IMG/VR virus record: IMGVR_UViG_3300021403_000005
DNA length: 64,000 bases
Origin: a virus
Direction: 5' to 3' (one strand)
The notes below the pieces were generated by a model that had not been told where the DNA came from, did no database searches, and worked only from the letters and a program-made list of their open reading frames with translations. The position numbers were made by a program, and so were the translations under genes. Shown here piece by piece: positions 1-10,000 of this stretch (the stretch's first letter is position 1; each line of letters starts with the position of its first letter).

Positions 1-170
1 CGTAGTGTAGACTAGCAAAGTTGAGCGAAGCAGGCCCAGCCTAGCTTAGAAAGTCTAGTATAGTTGAGCGAAGCTTAGCAATGCAGGCAGAGCTAAGCGC
101 AGCCGAGTGCAGCCAAGCGAAGTTTAGTGCAGCACAGTCGAGTGCGGCGAAGCCGAGCGTAGCCTAGCCA
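1..170. repeat. Degenerate 5-nt periodic tract (AG about every 5 nt; (G/A)CTNN on the minus strand), truncated by the window edge
   Basis: cgtag tgtag actag caaag ttgag cgaag ... agcta agcgc agccg agtgc agcca agcga agttt agtgc agcac agtcg agtgc ggcga agccg agcgt agcct agcca, with a few phase slips. Confidence 0.85.
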
Positions 171-604
171 GATTCCTTCATTGGAACTCTGTCTAAGTCA
201 GGTGGGAGGCCGACCTTTGGTTCGATTTCGTTATGTCGAACTACTTGGGCGACCTCCCGCTTGTACTGCTCCCAGTTCCTACCGGCGGCTTCGACTAAAA
301 CTCTCTCTGCGCATGTTGCTAACGTATGCGCGCGGCTGTAATTCATCCCTAAAACGGACCTAAAAGCCTTTTCTGTTCTTTCGTGCCAAAGAATAAATTT
401 TCGTAAACCAACAGGAACATCGCGATCTTCATAGTACGTTCTTCCATTCCTGTTACTACCACCAGTCAATGGTATCGTATGGGAGTAATCAACTCTGAAT
501 GGCTTCGCCAGAAACTCCTTAATCTCTGGCGTGGCCAACAAGCGTCGAGTTTCTCGTTGGGTAACGAGGGAGTGGACGTACTTGTGGCGATGCCCGACGC
601 TCAA
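164..604 (-). CDS. Hypothetical protein with an HExxE...AH motif, last visible gene of the late operon
   Basis: 3' part of ORF 164..856. The probable TTG start overlaps the upstream TGA (TTGA at 604-601), giving MSVGHRHK...ILWHERTEKAF...RAHTLAT. Confidence 0.55.
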   Translation of the reverse strand: MSVGHRHKYVHSLVTQRETRRLLATPEIKEFLAKPFRVDYSHTIPLTGGSNRNGRTYYEDRDVPVGLRKFILWHERTEKAFRSVLGMNYSRAHTLATCAERVLVEAAGRNWEQYKREVAQVVRHNEIEPKVGLPPDLDRVPMKESG

Positions 605-1206
605 TGTGGATTGACGAAGGTAAGCCTCGCCATCCTTACCGCATGAGTGCCCCAAGAATCGGCCACAGTAATGGTGCCATCGCCATTGACACCGACCACT
701 GGTGCCACATGGCGGCCTCCTGGCCATACCGCAGCGGTTCCAGCAGCGGGGCTGGTATGGGGGAATCTGAGCCATTCCCTGGCCAGCCATAGATTCATGC
801 CGTGGAATATCCGCGCAGCACTGCCAAAGAAATGCTCCTGTGCCCAACAGCCGCAAGGGCCGCCTTGACGCGCTGCGCTACGGCACGAGGAATCGAGGTT
901 GGCAAAGCGACTGATGCGAGTCTGGTTCATCTTCCGAAACGGCCAGCCTTTTGGCGGCACATCTACGAGGTTTGGCCAAGACCATGCAGGGCGATGGTAC
1001 TTCTCGCGATTCTCGGTCCAGCCCCATTGCGGCTTTCCGGTATCCATGTCCTGATTGCGACTAGCACGGAGCATATGGATAAGCCCCAATCCAAGCCCGC
1101 GAGCTACCGGGTTTTGCTGGCCTTGGTGATGCCTGTAGTGGTGGGCGTCCGCTTGAGTAGTGAGAGCAACAAGTAAGGCAGCGATGAGAAAGATGCCGCT
1201 TTTCAT
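601..1206 (-). CDS. Secreted protein with a CHAP/NlpC-P60-like C-terminal domain (possible cell-wall amidase)
   Basis: GAGGA RBS before ATG 1206; signal peptide MKSGIFLIAALLVALTTQADA; Cys (GPCGCWA) and His (GRHVAPV) spaced as in CHAP domains. Confidence 0.6.
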   Translation of the reverse strand: MKSGIFLIAALLVALTTQADAHHYRHHQGQQNPVARGLGLGLIHMLRASRNQDMDTGKPQWGWTENREKYHRPAWSWPNLVDVPPKGWPFRKMNQTRISRFANLDSSCRSAARQGGPCGCWAQEHFFGSAARIFHGMNLWLAREWLRFPHTSPAAGTAAVWPGGRHVAPVVGVNGDGTITVADSWGTHAVRMARLTFVNPH

Positions 1207-1262
1207 CGTAAAATCCTCAAGTTGTTGGGGATGGCGGGAGGATACCCGATGACGCTTATATG

Positions 1263-1469
1263 TCAACGTCCGGCTTCGTTATTGGCATCCTTTCGACCTT
1301 GAGCGATGCCATCTGCTCTAGCGGCATGGGCACTTGCCGCAAGTAATTCACTCAAGCGGCTATTAAGATCGACATGCACGGATTGAAGCTTGCGATTATT
1401 CAGATAGGAAACGAGGACCGCTCCTATAGCAGCAAGGGCTGTGATAACTTCTGATGCCTCTTGAATCAT
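1263..1469 (-). CDS. Small membrane protein in the lysis cassette
   Basis: One N-terminal hydrophobic helix followed by a helical tail; collinear with neighbours. Confidence 0.6.
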   Translation of the reverse strand: MIQEASEVITALAAIGAVLVSYLNNRKLQSVHVDLNSRLSELLAASAHAARADGIAQGRKDANNEAGR

Positions 1470-1477
1470 GGCGTAGC

Positions 1478-1813
1478 CTAATGCTTTGTCTGAAACCCAC
1501 CACCGACTGCGGACCCGCCACCCGATCCCGGCCCCGAAATCGGCGCAGCCCGGCGCAACGCATCAAGCTGGCCGCTAATCTTATCCAATGAGACTTCCAG
1601 CCCTTTTACTTCTACGTCTTGTGCAGCATTGTGGAGCAAGATCGCGGCTACATCTGAAGCTGCCTTATCGTAGGTGGTGAACTTGAATGTGCTAACGGCA
1701 TAGAATCCGCCAGCCATAAAAACAACAGTAATAAAGGGAATTAAAAGGACATTAACGATTGTCCCGGCGTTCCAAACTGGCGCCACAGCGAGTTTTTTTC
1801 TCTTAGTGGCCAT
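1478..1813 (-). CDS. Membrane-anchored coiled-coil protein (lysis cassette; spanin or holin accessory candidate)
   Basis: Basic N-terminus, TM segment IVNVLLIPFITVVFMAGGFYAV, then a heptad-like region. Confidence 0.6.
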   Translation of the reverse strand: MATKRKKLAVAPVWNAGTIVNVLLIPFITVVFMAGGFYAVSTFKFTTYDKAASDVAAILLHNAAQDVEVKGLEVSLDKISGQLDALRRAAPISGPGSGGGSAVGGGFQTKH

Positions 1814-1819
1814 CGCATC

Positions 1820-2128
1820 TTAACTGCGCCCAGTTACACCCACACTGCCATCTGGCTTATAGTAATCAACCCCCGGATTCGCAGCAGCCCACTGCTCGAA
1901 ATTCGTAATCGCCAGATTAGCAATCTCCTGGGCCTTAAGTCGCTGTTCAAAGGCGCCAGCGAGAGAGGCCAGTACCGGGTGCAACGCCAGGAATGCCTTG
2001 AGAACGTCAGGCTCCGCACCCAGTAACGTGCTGGCCAAGCTTACCCATTGGACAGCAGTAAAGCCGCCAAGGATGGCCACAAGAGACTGGCCACCCACTA
2101 GAGCCATTATCATCGACAGCAGGATCAT
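1820..2128 (-). CDS. Hydrophobic hypothetical protein
   Basis: ORF track; its start shares base 2128 with the stop of the upstream gene (TAATG). Confidence 0.6.
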   Translation of the reverse strand: MILLSMIMALVGGQSLVAILGGFTAVQWVSLASTLLGAEPDVLKAFLALHPVLASLAGAFEQRLKAQEIANLAITNFEQWAAANPGVDYYKPDGSVGVTGRS

Positions 2129-2502
2129 TAGGCAGCCGGTAGTGTCAGACCAGCAAGAATGCCACCGATGGCGCTGTTCGATGTGGCATTGTTAAGCTCG
2201 GCCTTGGCTGCGATGATCGCTTGGATATAAGCGGTCGGATTCGAGGCCAGAGCAACGGCGCCATTCACCTCGTTAAGCACGCCCGGAGGCACGTTGGGCA
2301 GAGAGGCGATCAGCGCCGCATAGGTTGCAGCATTGACCGGATTGCTCTGCATTTGCTCCAACAGCGTATTAAGGCTGGCATTGGTATTCGTATTGCCCTG
2401 CATATGCTGTCCGAGGGCATTGAGAATCGGAATGCCGATGCTGGGCGCCGAAGTGAGAAGCCCTGAGAGGCCGGAAAGAGCAGCGAAGATATTTTCACCC
2501 AT
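2128..2502 (-). CDS. Hypothetical protein
   Basis: AATAGGAG RBS 8 nt before ATG 2502 (MGENIFAALSG); the longer ORF call overlaps the holin and is unlikely. Confidence 0.65.
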   Translation of the reverse strand: MGENIFAALSGLSGLLTSAPSIGIPILNALGQHMQGNTNTNASLNTLLEQMQSNPVNAATYAALIASLPNVPPGVLNEVNGAVALASNPTAYIQAIIAAKAELNNATSNSAIGGILAGLTLPAA

Positions 2503-2513
2503 AGTGGTAGCTC

Positions 2514-2750
2514 CTATTTTGCAGGAAGAGAGGATGGGGTTACGGTGGGAGTAAACCAAGTCTTTATGACCCAAGTGACGATGTTGGTCACAACGCCAAT
2601 GGTGACCACAATATCGACTTGCTGTTCTGGCGTGATATTGAGCTTGCCCCCAGTAAGAAACGTCACGAGCATGGCAGCGCCAGAAATCGCCTGAGTCCAA
2701 TTAATCTTGGACATCCAGGCCGTTTTGATTTGTACGTTAATCGTATCCAT
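2514..2750 (-). CDS. Putative holin
   Basis: 78 aa with two hydrophobic segments, adjacent to the endolysin. Confidence 0.6.
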   Translation of the reverse strand: MDTINVQIKTAWMSKINWTQAISGAAMLVTFLTGGKLNITPEQQVDIVVTIGVVTNIVTWVIKTWFTPTVTPSSLPAK

Positions 2751-2761
2751 GAGCTACCCCT

Positions 2762-2908
2762 TTATTGCCCAGTCACGGAGGATGCTACACCAAAGATTGC
2801 GACAAATATAGTGTGTAGAGCCATGTAGCCCGCTACCCCTAGTCCCAAGACTAAAGTACCGGCCACTCCAAACCACACGATCTCGGCTAAATCATCAAAC
2901 CAATGCAT
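2762..2908 (-). CDS. Unlisted 48-aa membrane peptide (holin or antiholin candidate)
   Basis: Hand translation: MHWFDDLAEIVWFGVAGTLVLGLGVAGYMALHTIFVAIFGVASSVTGQ. It fills the gap between endolysin and holin and overlaps the endolysin stop. Confidence 0.55.
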   Translation of the reverse strand: MHWFDDLAEIVWFGVAGTLVLGLGVAGYMALHTIFVAIFGVASSVTGQ

Positions 2909-3464
2909 TTGCGAATCCGCTTCCTATTTCCGAGTCTAGTCCGGCTATGGCTCGCGCTAATTCCACGCAACCCAACTGGGTATCGAAAGTACCGGGGGAC
3001 CATACCCCATCAGCAACGTATTTACCGCCTTGGTAAATCGAGGTGCCTGACCAGACATAGCCAGAAGGGCGTCCATGGTTGCGTGGGCCGAACCCGTTCC
3101 ATAGCTCCCATTCGTAGCAGGCCATGGGCCAAGTCCAGGTTGCGACCTTGGTAATTTCATCAAGAGTCAAAGCATCGGCGGCGCCAACCTCCCAAGAGGC
3201 AAAAGGCCCGCGTCCTTTCGGTACATGGATGGTCGGGTGACTAAGCGGGTCGCCATTACCAAGGTAAGAATTAAAAGATGGATTTTCCCGCTCAAACACC
3301 GGCATAACCCACAGCGCCGGTACACCGCAAAGCTTCTGCATTGCCAGGAATCGCTCACGATTAACTAAAAGGGTCTTGGCAACCGCAACAGCCTCACTGG
3401 ATCGCGTTGGTTGAGCATTAGCTAAATCGGCCATATATTCGGATTTTAGCTGATCGAAGTTCAT
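2895..3464 (-). CDS. Endolysin, lysozyme-family protein (COG5526-like)
   Basis: Motifs RE..F.SYLGNGDPL...T.HVPKGRGPF.SWE..A.DAL, E.WNGFG, S.YVWSGT..Y..GKYVADG and D.QLGC. Confidence 0.8.
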   Translation of the reverse strand: MNFDQLKSEYMADLANAQPTRSSEAVAVAKTLLVNRERFLAMQKLCGVPALWVMPVFERENPSFNSYLGNGDPLSHPTIHVPKGRGPFASWEVGAADALTLDEITKVATWTWPMACYEWELWNGFGPRNHGRPSGYVWSGTSIYQGGKYVADGVWSPGTFDTQLGCVELARAIAGLDSEIGSGFANALV

Positions 3465-6400
3465 TGCACACCGTAGTATTTCTGAGCCAAGGCTCGAATG
3501 GTTTGATCGTCCCGTGTGTTCTTGCTGGCCTTCGCATAGTATTTCTTGAAGTCGACAGGCTGCATGTTCTCCAGCGTATTGATCTGGTCCGAGGCCGGAA
3601 GCCGCGAGAACATATACACCATCCCACCTCCAGGTTGGAGCTTTCGGATCGTTGCACTCTTTACACCTAAATCGGCCAGTTTCTTGGCCGCAGCAGAGGT
3701 AGCCGCTGTATCTTTGCGCTGCATGGCACCGAGATATTCGGTCCTCGCGTCGGCCCGTTGCTGAGCGTTCTCGGACTCGGCAAACGGCTTTTCTACCGGC
3801 GCCACATGGCGGCTATAGAGATTAACAATATGGTTCTCAATGTTTGAGCGACTTGCATAAGCAGGCGCCGGGCCAAAGCCAAGCATTGGCATATATACAT
3901 CGGGATCGGTGATCTGCTTCATAATGTCGGTTGGGCCATAAGGTTTACCGGACAGTTGCAAAGACCGCCTTGCTCCCACGATGGACATGGGATTCAGGTC
4001 CTCGTTGAGAATCGACTTGCCCATCTGCCAAGCGCGCTGAAACGCTGGCGCATTCTCATCATAAATCTGGTAGCCAAAGTAGTCGCGGTTAGCCAGCATC
4101 TCAGCAACCGGGGCGTACATCATCTTGTGATAGGCAGTTTGCAGCAATCCATACAGCGGGGATTGCTGATCCTCGATATTCTTCTCCACCATCGGGATTT
4201 CTCGGGTGTAGAATGGATTGGACATGCGACGCGGCGAGCCATCGGTATTCAGCCCACCCATGCGCGGAAAGATGTAGTCCATTGCCTCCTGTGGCCAATC
4301 ATCGCTGAATGCCTTGTTCAATAGCGCATTGGCAATCATCGAAGTCATCGCGTAGAAAAACAGATTCGTGGATTTGGTCGTGGTGTCGCGAATAAGCTGC
4401 CGTGTAGGCGTTGGCGCCGACATAAGACGCCGAGCGGCGGGTTCCAAAGCACCTCCGACAAACTCTCTGGCAAAGCCTAGATTCCAGCCCAGCGATAGAA
4501 AAGACCCAATCGCGGCATCTTTCAGCGTCCTATTCCAGAATAAGCTGCCATAGAACATCTCACCAAAGCGGTTGTCGATCTGCCTGCCTATGGCGCGTAA
4601 TGCGACCTGACGATTGGCTTGGTCATCCAGCAGGTCAGGGCGGCGCCGAAACAACGCAGCAGATTCCCTGGCCAAGGCAGCGGCCTTAAGATTGGGAATC
4701 CATTGCTCGAATATCCAACCCGTGAGTTTTTCAACGCCAAGCCGCATTCCCGGTAGAACCGATTTAAGATACTGATTATTGTTCCAGGCGTCGCTGAAGT
4801 CCCTCTTAGCCCTAATCCGCATCTGTTCCGATAGCTGAAGGCTCATGCCAGCTTCGTTGGCTATCTTGGTGATGCCTTTCTGGAGATTGTTTTGGTCATC
4901 GCCCGGCGTTTTCCAGGCTTCTTTCCAGGTTTTACCGACAAATGGCGTTCCAATCGGGAGAGCCATTGCTGTATCTGTAATCGACTGCGCAAGCGCCTCT
5001 GGTATGGCAGCAAATCGTCTGCCGATGCTTTGTTCACCTCGCCCAACTGCTTCATTCCAAGCCCTCGATAGGTTGTTGGATAGCGAAATACCCATGACGT
5101 GTATCGGATGGAACAAGCTCAAGCCAAGCTTGATCGGTACCCACGCATTCTTAAGGCTCATCCATTTCTGGAACAGTGTTCCAGGCAAGCCCTCGTTGGC
5201 CCATAGCCCCTTGGCCACGACAGCATTTTCCCACATTGGTTGGGCATCGGGGGCAATCATCCAGGACTTGCCATTCGGCGCCACGATCTCTTGCCACGGA
5301 TGCGGATCATTGCGCATCGGATTCATAATCGGCCCCGGCGCATTATCCTTCGGCACCGCTACGCCTTGCGAATAAAGCTCGCGCAGGAGGTTTGTTTTGT
5401 TCACCATGTCAGCGCTAGACATAAGGCGCATAGTGACGAGTTCTTCAGGATTGTTGGACTTAAGCTCCAGCCCGCGATCCAAGCCTTTCTGGATCAAATC
5501 GTAGTAACGGCCTTTGCTGAACCAGTTAGACCCCATCACTTCCGGTGACGTGTCGGCGTAGTTCTTAAATACATTCCTGGCTACTACGGGGTCTTTCCAG
5601 ATGTGCGGAAAGTAATTGGTGATAAAGTCGTAAGGTGAACCTGCTGCGGCTTCGTTACGGTTGGCAATATCGAGGTATTTCTTGTAAGCTTCAGCCCGTT
5701 CCTGCATCCACGGGTACTTGTCGGTTAAATCCTGTGGCAGCTTGCCTTCTTCATAGCTGGTCATAAACCGTGTGGCATCTTCAGCGGGAACCTTATTCCA
5801 CCGATAGTAGGAATCCTCGGCGCGGCTAATGATGGCATCGCGCATCTGAGCGACGCCGGATTTGAACTTGGCAAAGATCGGGTCAATCTGGAGTGCCTTG
5901 TCGCTGGTCAACTCCGGCATGAAGTTCTGCGTCCAGCTTTTGGCCACCACTCCTTTCGCTGTCACATCAGGCGGCAGATTGGCCAACCAGCTTTCATGCA
6001 GCGCCGCATCCCGAATATCGTTGGCTTGCTTGAAGAGATCGTTGCGCTGATCGACTATGGATTTAGCCGCCGCTTGACCTTGCGGTGTGGATTGATCGGG
6101 CAACACCATCGCATGGGCTTGCTGCTCAAGCGTTTCGGCCTGTTGGCTAGCAGCTTGCAGCTTGGCTTGGGCAGCTTGTTGTGGTGGAGTGAGTTCCCGG
6201 CCTGACGTATCGGCACGCGGCCCTCCTAAGCCCCCTGCTATAAGTCCATGCGCCAGTGCCGGGACTATCGTGCCCACGCTGCCCTGGGCATAGGCTTGCT
6301 GGAGACTGTCCGTAACCGGCTTACCCTGCACCATGTTGCGGGTAGCCTGCTCGGCTACCGAAATCGGGGCTTGGACACCAAGGGCTTGGAACACGAGATT

Positions 6401-7042
6401 CTTAAGCGGCGCCTCAAAAGCTTTAAGCGGGAACGCAGCCCAGGCAGCACCGGAGAACGCCCCCGAAATCTCCGCCTCATGCATGGCCCGTTCCCAGGCC
6501 CCGTTCGGATCGTGGGGGTCCTTTCTAAGTTCCTCGGCAAAGACCGGCCCCAAGGTTTGGGCAGCAGCACCTATGGCCATGCCCGTAGCGCCTCCCACGA
6601 GGCCGCCAGCAGGCCCAGCAGCGGCAGTGCCTAATCCAGCCCCAGCCATACCAGTAGCCATGGAAGGGGCTGCGGACCCCAACATATAGCCAAGCTTGGG
6701 GGCTAGCCTGCCCCAAGGCTCGGCAACGTCTTTCCAGGCCAACGGATCAGCGGCGGGAGAGGTGGGTTTGTTGGGGTCAGGAGTGGTGCCAGAGACAGCT
6801 TGGCCGGTCTGTTTAAGGCCGGTCAGCCCAGCCCCTATACCTTGGTATGTAGCCTCTAATACCCCTGGCATAGGATTCTCAGGTTGCTCAGGAGGCTTAA
6901 CGGGAGGTCCCCAGTTAGGGTCAGGTGCAGGCTCAGCTTGGGCCGTAGATATGGCTGGCCCCCAAAGAGAGTCATTCTGTGGGGGCGGGATCGGAGGGGG
7001 CGGAGATGGGGCTACAACAGGTCCCCAGTCGGTATCAGCCAT
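3461..7042 (-). CDS. Large internal virion (DNA ejection) protein, possible LPD38-like C-terminus
   Basis: 1193 aa; Pro-rich N-terminus, Gly/Ala-rich hydrophobic segment, helical body; last ejection-gene position before lysis; EMLANRDYFGYQIYD resembles LPD38. Confidence 0.65.
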   Translation of the reverse strand: MADTDWGPVVAPSPPPPIPPPQNDSLWGPAISTAQAEPAPDPNWGPPVKPPEQPENPMPGVLEATYQGIGAGLTGLKQTGQAVSGTTPDPNKPTSPAADPLAWKDVAEPWGRLAPKLGYMLGSAAPSMATGMAGAGLGTAAAGPAGGLVGGATGMAIGAAAQTLGPVFAEELRKDPHDPNGAWERAMHEAEISGAFSGAAWAAFPLKAFEAPLKNLVFQALGVQAPISVAEQATRNMVQGKPVTDSLQQAYAQGSVGTIVPALAHGLIAGGLGGPRADTSGRELTPPQQAAQAKLQAASQQAETLEQQAHAMVLPDQSTPQGQAAAKSIVDQRNDLFKQANDIRDAALHESWLANLPPDVTAKGVVAKSWTQNFMPELTSDKALQIDPIFAKFKSGVAQMRDAIISRAEDSYYRWNKVPAEDATRFMTSYEEGKLPQDLTDKYPWMQERAEAYKKYLDIANRNEAAAGSPYDFITNYFPHIWKDPVVARNVFKNYADTSPEVMGSNWFSKGRYYDLIQKGLDRGLELKSNNPEELVTMRLMSSADMVNKTNLLRELYSQGVAVPKDNAPGPIMNPMRNDPHPWQEIVAPNGKSWMIAPDAQPMWENAVVAKGLWANEGLPGTLFQKWMSLKNAWVPIKLGLSLFHPIHVMGISLSNNLSRAWNEAVGRGEQSIGRRFAAIPEALAQSITDTAMALPIGTPFVGKTWKEAWKTPGDDQNNLQKGITKIANEAGMSLQLSEQMRIRAKRDFSDAWNNNQYLKSVLPGMRLGVEKLTGWIFEQWIPNLKAAALARESAALFRRRPDLLDDQANRQVALRAIGRQIDNRFGEMFYGSLFWNRTLKDAAIGSFLSLGWNLGFAREFVGGALEPAARRLMSAPTPTRQLIRDTTTKSTNLFFYAMTSMIANALLNKAFSDDWPQEAMDYIFPRMGGLNTDGSPRRMSNPFYTREIPMVEKNIEDQQSPLYGLLQTAYHKMMYAPVAEMLANRDYFGYQIYDENAPAFQRAWQMGKSILNEDLNPMSIVGARRSLQLSGKPYGPTDIMKQITDPDVYMPMLGFGPAPAYASRSNIENHIVNLYSRHVAPVEKPFAESENAQQRADARTEYLGAMQRKDTAATSAAAKKLADLGVKSATIRKLQPGGGMVYMFSRLPASDQINTLENMQPVDFKKYYAKASKNTRDDQTIRALAQKYYGVQ

Positions 7043-10000
7043 TACGGACCCAGATATTGTCTAACGCCGTTCGGTGTCTGGTAATATTCTCCATGAACCG
7101 GCTTCTGGCCATCCTGTAACGGAAGCGGCTTGGTGGGCGAGGATTGCGTAGGTGTAGGTGCTGCACCCGCTCCCTGTGGTGCATTAGCCGGGGCTAGCGG
7201 CGGCAAGCCAGCTTGTAGCCGGTACTTGTTGGTGGTCCCGATAGGATCGGCTTGGTAAGCCGCAGCATCGTTCTTGGCCGCAGCGGCAGCCTGTGAGGCA
7301 ATGCTATTAGGCGTCTCAATCCCAGCATTGCGGCCAGCAAGTCTACCTACTGCTATCGGCTGGTGCGTGTCGGGATCGAGAATCTGGCCATGCTTCGGAT
7401 CGAAGATGCCAACATGGTATTGCCCATCAGCGCCGATGTAGTTAGTGGCCGAGAACTTGCCTTGCTCAAGTCGCGCCCGCTCAACATCGAGCTTGCTGGC
7501 TTCAAGAGCCTGCCTGCGCGAGTCCTCCATCATCTTCTCACCAAGATCGCGGCCCTTCTCGGCCGCTGACATGGTAGAATCCCATTGCTTGTCGAAGTTC
7601 TGTTCGGTGGCCGCTATGCCTTGGCCAATACCACGAATACCAAGCCTGTCGCCTGGAGGTGCAGCGAGGATATTGGCGCCCATACGGAACAGCGCATCGG
7701 ATCGCGTAGCCGGGTCCTGGAACTTGGATATGATGCCAGGATTCTGCGGCACGCTGCTCTGGTAGTTACGCAGATTGAGAACGTCCTGATCTCGTGTTCC
7801 TAGGCCAGTACGCGCCAAGCCAGGGTCTTGTGGAGCAGGAGGCGTTGTTACAGGTGGCCGCACTCGCGGCATCGTTGGTGGCGCCGTTCCAACAGTCGGC
7901 TGTGCAGCCGGAGGCGCCGGAACATCCGGTGTTGGATAAGCGCCCTTGGGCGCCCCAGCTTCAGCAGGTGCCGGAGTCGCGGGAGCGGCAGCAGCCGGAG
8001 CTAGTTGAGCCGGTTGCATAAGTCCAGGATGGGCTTTGATAAAGGCCAAACCAGGGCTGTCGCTCACTCCAACATAGTCAGGACTCGCCACATCAGGCAG
8101 TGTGTCATCAGCGCCGCCTTCATCGAAGTGCTGAATGCCACCCCCGCGCTTTTGGCCGAATGCCTGACGAATCTTTTGGTTGTTGGCCAATTCCATCATC
8201 TGGCCCATCTGCTCCAGATAATTACTGCCCTGTTCTGGATTAGGTGTTTGGGCGGGTAGCAATCTTGGCGGCATCATCAGTGTGCCAAAGTTCGGCTTGC
8301 CGGGCTGGATCATCGGATTACCGTTGGCATCGCGCTGCAACGGCACGCGGCCTCTCACGCGATTCAATGCATAAGGATTCGATGAATAGCCATAAGCATC
8401 CGGGGTTGGGCCGCCATCATCAAAGTGCAATCGCCCACCGGCTGCTTGAGCGCGTGGCGCGGTCTGCATTTGATGCATCGTTTGGAGGTAATCGTCTTGT
8501 GCAGTAGCCGCTTCGCCAGGATCGGCGGCGCCAGCCATGCCCATCACACCTTGCGGAATGATCGGATAAGGCGAGCCACCAGTATCGTAACCACGGACAG
8601 CGCCACCGCGCTTGGCCAGCGCCAGGAACGGCAGAATATCCGCGATGCTTGCGGCTCCCGCATCGGTTGCTGCCGCAGCGCCAACGTCAGCCGCTCCGGC
8701 CGCAGCATCAATACCAAGGCCAACATCGGCCGCTGCTCCAACATCGCTAGCTATGCCAATTCCTGCATCGGCAGCAGCGCCACTTGCGCTTAGGGCCGGA
8801 TCAATGCCTGCGCTAGCCAGTGAATAAGCTGGAGCATCGGCTGTTACTGAGGCAGCCGTTCCGCTGTAGTCGCTGGCATCAAGGCCCGGCAGCGGGTTTG
8901 CGGCACTTCCGCCATAAGCATCGGTAAGCGATGTGCCACCACCGTAGCTCGGGCTTGGCACGAGGGCGTTCTGGGCGGTCGTATAAAGATTGCCCAGCCC
9001 CTTGAAAGCTGAGCCAAGCTGAGCCGCAGTAGCGGCGCCAGTAAGCGGATTCGATTGGGTATTACTATTGGCAGCTTGTGGGATTTGGATATTCGGTTGC
9101 GGCATCGCCTTGATCTGCGAGCCAGGAACCTGAATAGACTGCCCCGGAGAACTGCCGCCGCCAGTAATGTTAACTGCATTAGCATCCCACGGCATATCGT
9201 CGGGGCTGCCGGATTGGCTGCCAATGCCAGGATCGCTGCCACCAATCGCGTAGTGGCCAATATGACCACCTACAGCGTAAGGATTAATGCGGCCACCAGT
9301 AGCACCTGTTCCTGTCTGACCAGCCCCAACGGTATTATTAGCAAAGCCCGTAACTGATCCTGGCGCTTGCGCTGCATTTGATCCAAGCGCATTGCCAAGA
9401 CCGCCAGCAATCAAGCCGCCACCAACGATAGCTTGTGGCCATGTCAGGCCAGGAGGCGTGATTGTCTCGCCGGTTTGACCGATCTGGGTCTGATAACCAC
9501 CCATGCCACCCAATGCAGGTAAGCCGATACCAGCCAAGAACTGCGCTTGTTGATACGGAAACGCCAACTGCTGAAGGTACTGCTGATACTGCGCTGTATC
9601 TTGGGCCTGTTGGGTCTGCTGTTGCAACCCACCCGCTTGAATCTGCGCTCCGGCGCCCTGAAGCCCGAATTGCTGTTGCTGTTGCGCAGCGCCAAGCCCC
9701 TGCGCATAGTTCTGCGCGTTCAAGCCAGCCAGCGTTTGATTGGCCGCTAGGCCCTGTTGATAGGCCAGTTGCGATTGACCAACCGCAACACGATCAGCGC
9801 CCACACCCCCTGCTGCTTGATTAAGCTGTCCGGTAACCTGTTGTTGCTGTGCGGCATTAACCTGCTCAATATTGCCCATCGTCGCATTGATAACCTGCGA
9901 CTGATAGGGATTCATGTACTGCTGAATCTGGCCGCTGGTTAATGGCTGAGAGCCGACCGCTTGAGTCTGCGCAATACCAGCCTGCTCAGTAGGATTTACG

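Noticed and set aside
605-856. N-terminal extension of ORF 164..856
   Set aside because: It overlaps the CHAP-like gene in another frame; the TTGA-coupled start at 604 is more parsimonious.
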